Shown here: in pieces, positions 59,895 through 64,000 of the stretch
Position numbering within the stretch: the first letter of the stretch is position 1
Layout of the letters: each line of letters opens with the position of its first letter
DNA from: Nemertoderma westbladi
Taxonomy: Eukaryota > Animalia > Xenacoelomorpha
DNA: 64,000 nt
Assembly (NCBI GenBank): GCA_032718475.1
Contig: JAUCBJ010002168.1
Span: forward strand, 1-64,000
Direction: 5' to 3'
Made by a program: the position numbers and the translations under genes
The notes under the pieces: generated by a model
Seen by the model: only the letters and a program-made list of their open reading frames with translations
What the model was told of the DNA's origin: nothing
Database searches by the model: none

Positions 59895-60259
59895 GCTGTG
59901 CCGGCTTGTTGACAAAAGTGCGCCTCCACAACTCCCTTACACTCTTACAGCTGTACAGCCTTATCACCCATGACATTTGCTAGATCATCCGCATCTTCAA
60001 GGCCAGTGTCCTTTATTAAGACAGTAAGAAAGATGCGTCTCAAGAAAGTTATGGGCTGTCCACCATGCTTATTCACTCCATGAGGTGCACTGGCTGGTCC
60101 TCACGGCTTAAAGCGATGTCCTGCAAAGCGGAGGCGGCTTTGTTCTAGTGTCAAGCTTGGGGGAACCAATGACTGAATGAGACACCTCCAACTCCAATGT
60201 TATATAGTGTTTGGTTGGAGATGCAGAGATGTGTGCATTGTACTTGACACAGTGAACCT
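59895..60259 (-). mobile_element. RTE 3' fragment nested in element C
   Basis: Matches ~20775-20960 on the same strand and the reverse of 48900-49095. Confidence 0.75.
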
Positions 60260-60683
60260 AATCAAAACAATTAGGCCTAGTCAATAAACATTAACTCAAT
60301 AACATAATAGGTTACAGTTTACAGTAGTCTTATTTTTGCCATACGAAAATACCACAGGTATGGCAGTATGTGTATGAATGAACTATACAGCTATAACTCC
60401 ACTACGCTACCGCGGTATACACCGCTAAGGCAGTAAGGCTACCGCAAAGCTATACCACTACCGCCAGACCGCAAAAAGTAACTACTGACTGACTGACTGA
60501 TGTCTGACTGTACGTGCTGACGCGTGCGATCCCTGTCTGCCTGTTTATAATACATATAATAATTAATTTGATCATTAAAATAATGTTGCATTGTAATTAT
60601 GTAATATAGGCCTATATGTACTGATACGGCAGTACGGGATGCAGTTTTGATTTAAATACCGATATACAGTATGGCAGCATGGG

Positions 60684-62340
60684 TAGGGGAAGGTGGGGGA
60701 ATTAGAAACATGGGGTAATTAGAAGCAATGGCTACTACATGCATGCTTTTGTATGTATAGACTTGAAATTTTGATGTTTATTGAGATAAATTATTGGTGA
60801 TTATTTTTCCAATAGGAATATGGCGTTTATTTTCACTTCTTCATTGTCAAATGGCTGATTGTATAAAAGATGAAAAAAAAATCAAATTTTCGATTATTTT
60901 TTTGCAACTTCACAAATGGATTGTGAGCGATGTCTTATTCCAATTATCTTAAGCAATAGCTTAATTTAAAGCTTATTATGTCATCTATTCAGTAGACAAC
61001 CTAATTTAATGATAGCATAATTAAAAATTTGTTTGTTCAACATAATTTAAAAATGGTCAAATTTTAGTGCCATGGGGTAATTGGAAACATTAATTTTTTT
61101 AGCTGGTCCTGTTACTTTGGGGACCGTCCTTTTCAACAGTTTCTAATTGTCATACAGCTGCGCACCGGTACCTATCTGCCTATTGCTTGAGTGCCTGATT
61201 TTTTTGGTTATATAGTGACTACTGACAGTCTGATCATGTGACTAATGACTACTAGCTGACTAGAAGTCTGACCATATGGTTTCCCTCAATTGGTAAAGTA
61301 ATCGTTTATTGTTTTGGTTAGAATAGCCCACCTAGGTAACCTGCTGCTTTCCCTCAATTGGTAAAGTGGCCGTTTATTGTTTTGGTTAGAAAAGCATGCC
61401 TCTGTAATCTGCTCCTTTCCCTCATTTGGAAAAGTGGCCGTTTATTGTTTGGGTTAGAAAAGCCAGCCTCTGTAACCTGCTCTTTTCCCTCAATTTTACG
61501 CAAAACTTCATGGCTGCCTGCGTTGCCTGGGCGTCATACTCTATGGAATCTCTATCTGCTGCCTTAAAGCACCATTTCCAGTGGTCATGCCACTATTCGG
61601 AAGGCTGCATATACCTTTGGAATTCCTGGGGGTACCCTCTGGGAACAAGAAACTTAAATATAGTGATCGCTAATTATATAGGTCAGGTGCGTAGATGTTT
61701 TCTCGGAAAAGCCAATGAGGAAACATTGGCCCAATATCTGGTGGTAATAGGAAAAGCGGGAATGGGGCTGTGCTGAACCAACAAGAAATTCTAATTTTAA
61801 TTTAAGTTAAGCTAATTCATTTTAATTTAAATAAATGAAGTTTAATTTAGTTATATAAAGAGCAATAATTAGTTTTCATATATCCATATTGTTGCTGGAT
61901 GTCATTTATTCACAAACATGCATATCTCTGTTAATTGTTGAAGGTTTGTGAAACACTTTAAATATTAAACATATGTGGCAACATAGACATGTTATATATC
62001 AAATTGTGCGCAATTTAATCTACATTCCCATGTGGTAATTAGAAATATTCCAATTACCCCATGTGAATTTCTGGTTGATTTAACTATTGTGAGGCAAACC
62101 CTGTTTCCATTTACCCCATTGTGGGGTAAATGGAAACAATCTCGACTTAAAAAAAATCTCGTCTGCCTGTCACTACCAGATAGTGATAGGCAGACGAGAT
62201 AGGATGTTCTATTGTTAGCAGAGAGATGCATGATTCCAAATCTATAGTTATATTTCCTCTATGAATGTTTGTGTAGAAATGAGGGCACTTTTAATTTTTT
62301 AAAATCCAAAAAGTGTTTCTAATTCCCCCACTTTCCCCTA
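60684..62340. mobile_element. TIR element nested in element C (TA-flanked)
   Basis: TAGGGGAAGGTGGGGGAATTAGAAACA ... TGTTTCTAATTCCCCCACTTTCCCCTA. Confidence 0.75.
61283..61495 (+). repeat. ~64-bp tandem units of a dispersed repeat
   Basis: GTTTATTGTTTTGGTTAGAAAAGC...TGTAACCTGCTCCTTTCC three times. Related copies at ~32170-32240, 57885-57955 and 59720-59775 (reverse). Confidence 0.75.
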
Positions 62341-63767
62341 CACTTGGAGTTGTACTAAAGTCCAATATTGGCAGATTGGACTTTGGAGTCCAAAATTGGA
62401 CTTAAAGTCTAAAATTGGACTTGAAGTCCAATTTTTGACTTCTCACCGACTGTCCAACCAGATACTATATAACATTGGAGGTGTCTCATTGGTTCCCTCA
62501 AGCTTGACACTAGAACAAAATCGCCTCCGCTTTGCAGGACATTGCTTTCGCCGTGAGGACCAGCCAGTACATAATCTTGTACTTTGGCAGCCTCATGGAG
62601 TGAATTCAAGGAGTCAAGGCACTTAAACTGGCAACAATTGTAGACCTACCGACGGCGACGGGGACGGCCCGTCGGTACAATTGAACATCGCCATTTAAAA
62701 TATTATTTGACTATTAATTGATTGCCTACTTACAGCGCAGTAGGTACCGGTCCGGTTCCGGTAGTGCTGTACTGTAGTGCGGTTGTCTGGTACTGGCAGG
62801 GCAGGGCAGTCGCAGTAGTCAGGTAGTGGTCAAATTAATAAGTTTTTTTTCTAGAAAAGACAGTTTTTTTCACGTGCTGCGCGAAGGGCACAGCGTCCTC
62901 TGCAGCCGTAAAATTTACATCACATTAAATACACGACCTGGAGTGTCTGTCTGTAGATTTTCCGACAAATTGAAGGAAAATTGAGGAAATGGTGCGCATA
63001 TGAAAATAGGCAAAATTGACTTTTCGAAAAAAAATGCCATAAACTCATGATTTTCTATCGTGCTGCTCGAAGCGCGGAGAATCGCCTAATTTAAATTTTT
63101 TTTTTCTATGAAGTTACACATAGGTCAGAGAGTGTCTGTGTATATTTTGAGACAAATTGGTTCAAAAATGGCCACTGGGGAAAGGTGTTTGTCACTTTGC
63201 CTCAAATGTGATAGAACCCGAAATGCTTATTTAGTAATTCGGCAATCGAAACCCTAGACAAAAAGTGTTTTAAATCACATTTAAGCCATTTTGAGCCCGT
63301 CGGCCTCGAAATGGCTTAACATTACAATGTAATTTCAGGGTTCCAATTCGGGTTAGAATGAGGGTACCAGGTAGGGTTGGGGTTTAAGACACTTTTTGTC
63401 TAGTATTTCGACGGGGAAACCCCATCCTTTTGAATAAACAATGAGAAAATGAGAGAGAATGAGAGTACCCGAGAAAATGTAGAGCTGTAACAGATCTGTT
63501 AGGCGGTCTCTCATGTTTTCTGAAGTCCCCACGGACTGACGGATGTGTTGAATTTAGTAGATTTAAATTTATCCTTTATATGCCGTTATATATTTAATAT
63601 TTATTTACCTATTTCTGTATTTATATAGGCAGATAGGCCTATCATTTCATATTTAATATTCATATGTTCATATGTTATTTGATTGACTAACCGAACCAGC
63701 AAGTGGTTGGCTCTTGGCTGCTCTTCTATATCATTTGCTGATTTGGGTCCGACAGTTACATTTTTAA

Positions 63768-64000
63768 TATGCCGCGAAATAAACTGTCCCCGTCCTCCAT
63801 GAAGAAATCTCCTGTAACTTACCGAACATTTGGTGTTTCTCTTAAGACTTTATGCGAACTGAACGGATCTGAGATCCCGCATATTCTAGAGAAATGCATT
63901 ACCTTTATAACTAAACACGGGTTGGGGAGCGAGGGTTTATTCCGTGTGAACAGCAGCGCGCGTCTTGTTGAGAAATTGAAAAACGATTTCGATCAATTTG
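63768..64000 (+). CDS. second copy of the FAM13-type RhoGAP 5' coding sequence (runs off the window)
   Basis: ATGCCGCGAAAT... nearly identical to 23302-23531 (ACC>AGC difference seen); open to the window end. Confidence 0.8.

Larger units (their letters stand above)
58816..62452. mobile_element. non-autonomous TIR DNA transposon, CAGTC...GACTG type (C), 5-bp TSD TCCAA
   Basis: TIR CAGTCGGTGAGAAGTCAAAAATTGGACTT with (AGTCCAA..TTGGACT) palindromes. The empty site in the other RTE copy has a single TCCAA. Confidence 0.9.
56410..62603 (+). mobile_element. RTE copy split into 56410-56738, 58412-58815 and 62453-62603 by two TIR insertions
   Basis: The three pieces join collinearly with the reverse complement of ~20780-21625. 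Confidence 0.9.

Overview
AT-rich, repeat-dense animal (probably invertebrate) genomic DNA. 1-18192 is one very young, unusually long BEL/Pao LTR retrotransposon: gag-pol broken by two frameshifts, near-identical LTR copies, and about 6 kb of extra cargo between pol and the 3' LTR. The cargo is a structured-RNA-rich spacer plus a large non-env ORF pair with a degenerate DEDDy 3'-5' exonuclease-like domain and three CCHC knuckles. 24463-39568 is a coreless Polinton/Maverick-type shell (AGTAGT ends, ~500-bp TIRs, 6-bp TSD TATAGC) filled with nested insertions and decayed ORFs. Host-like genes are a duplicated, frameshifted FAM13-type RhoGAP fragment and an intact intronless PAM-derived membrane protein lacking most copper ligands. 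The rest is RTE and other LINE fragments, a truncated divergent LTR-type gag-pol, a Helitron-like end with a 20-bp satellite, a 9-bp-TSD MULE-like element, and three CAGTC...GACTG elements with 5-bp TSDs. Apparent excision footprints of that last family (N5-CAG/CTG-N5) are scattered across the window. All calls come from reading by eye; no searches were run.
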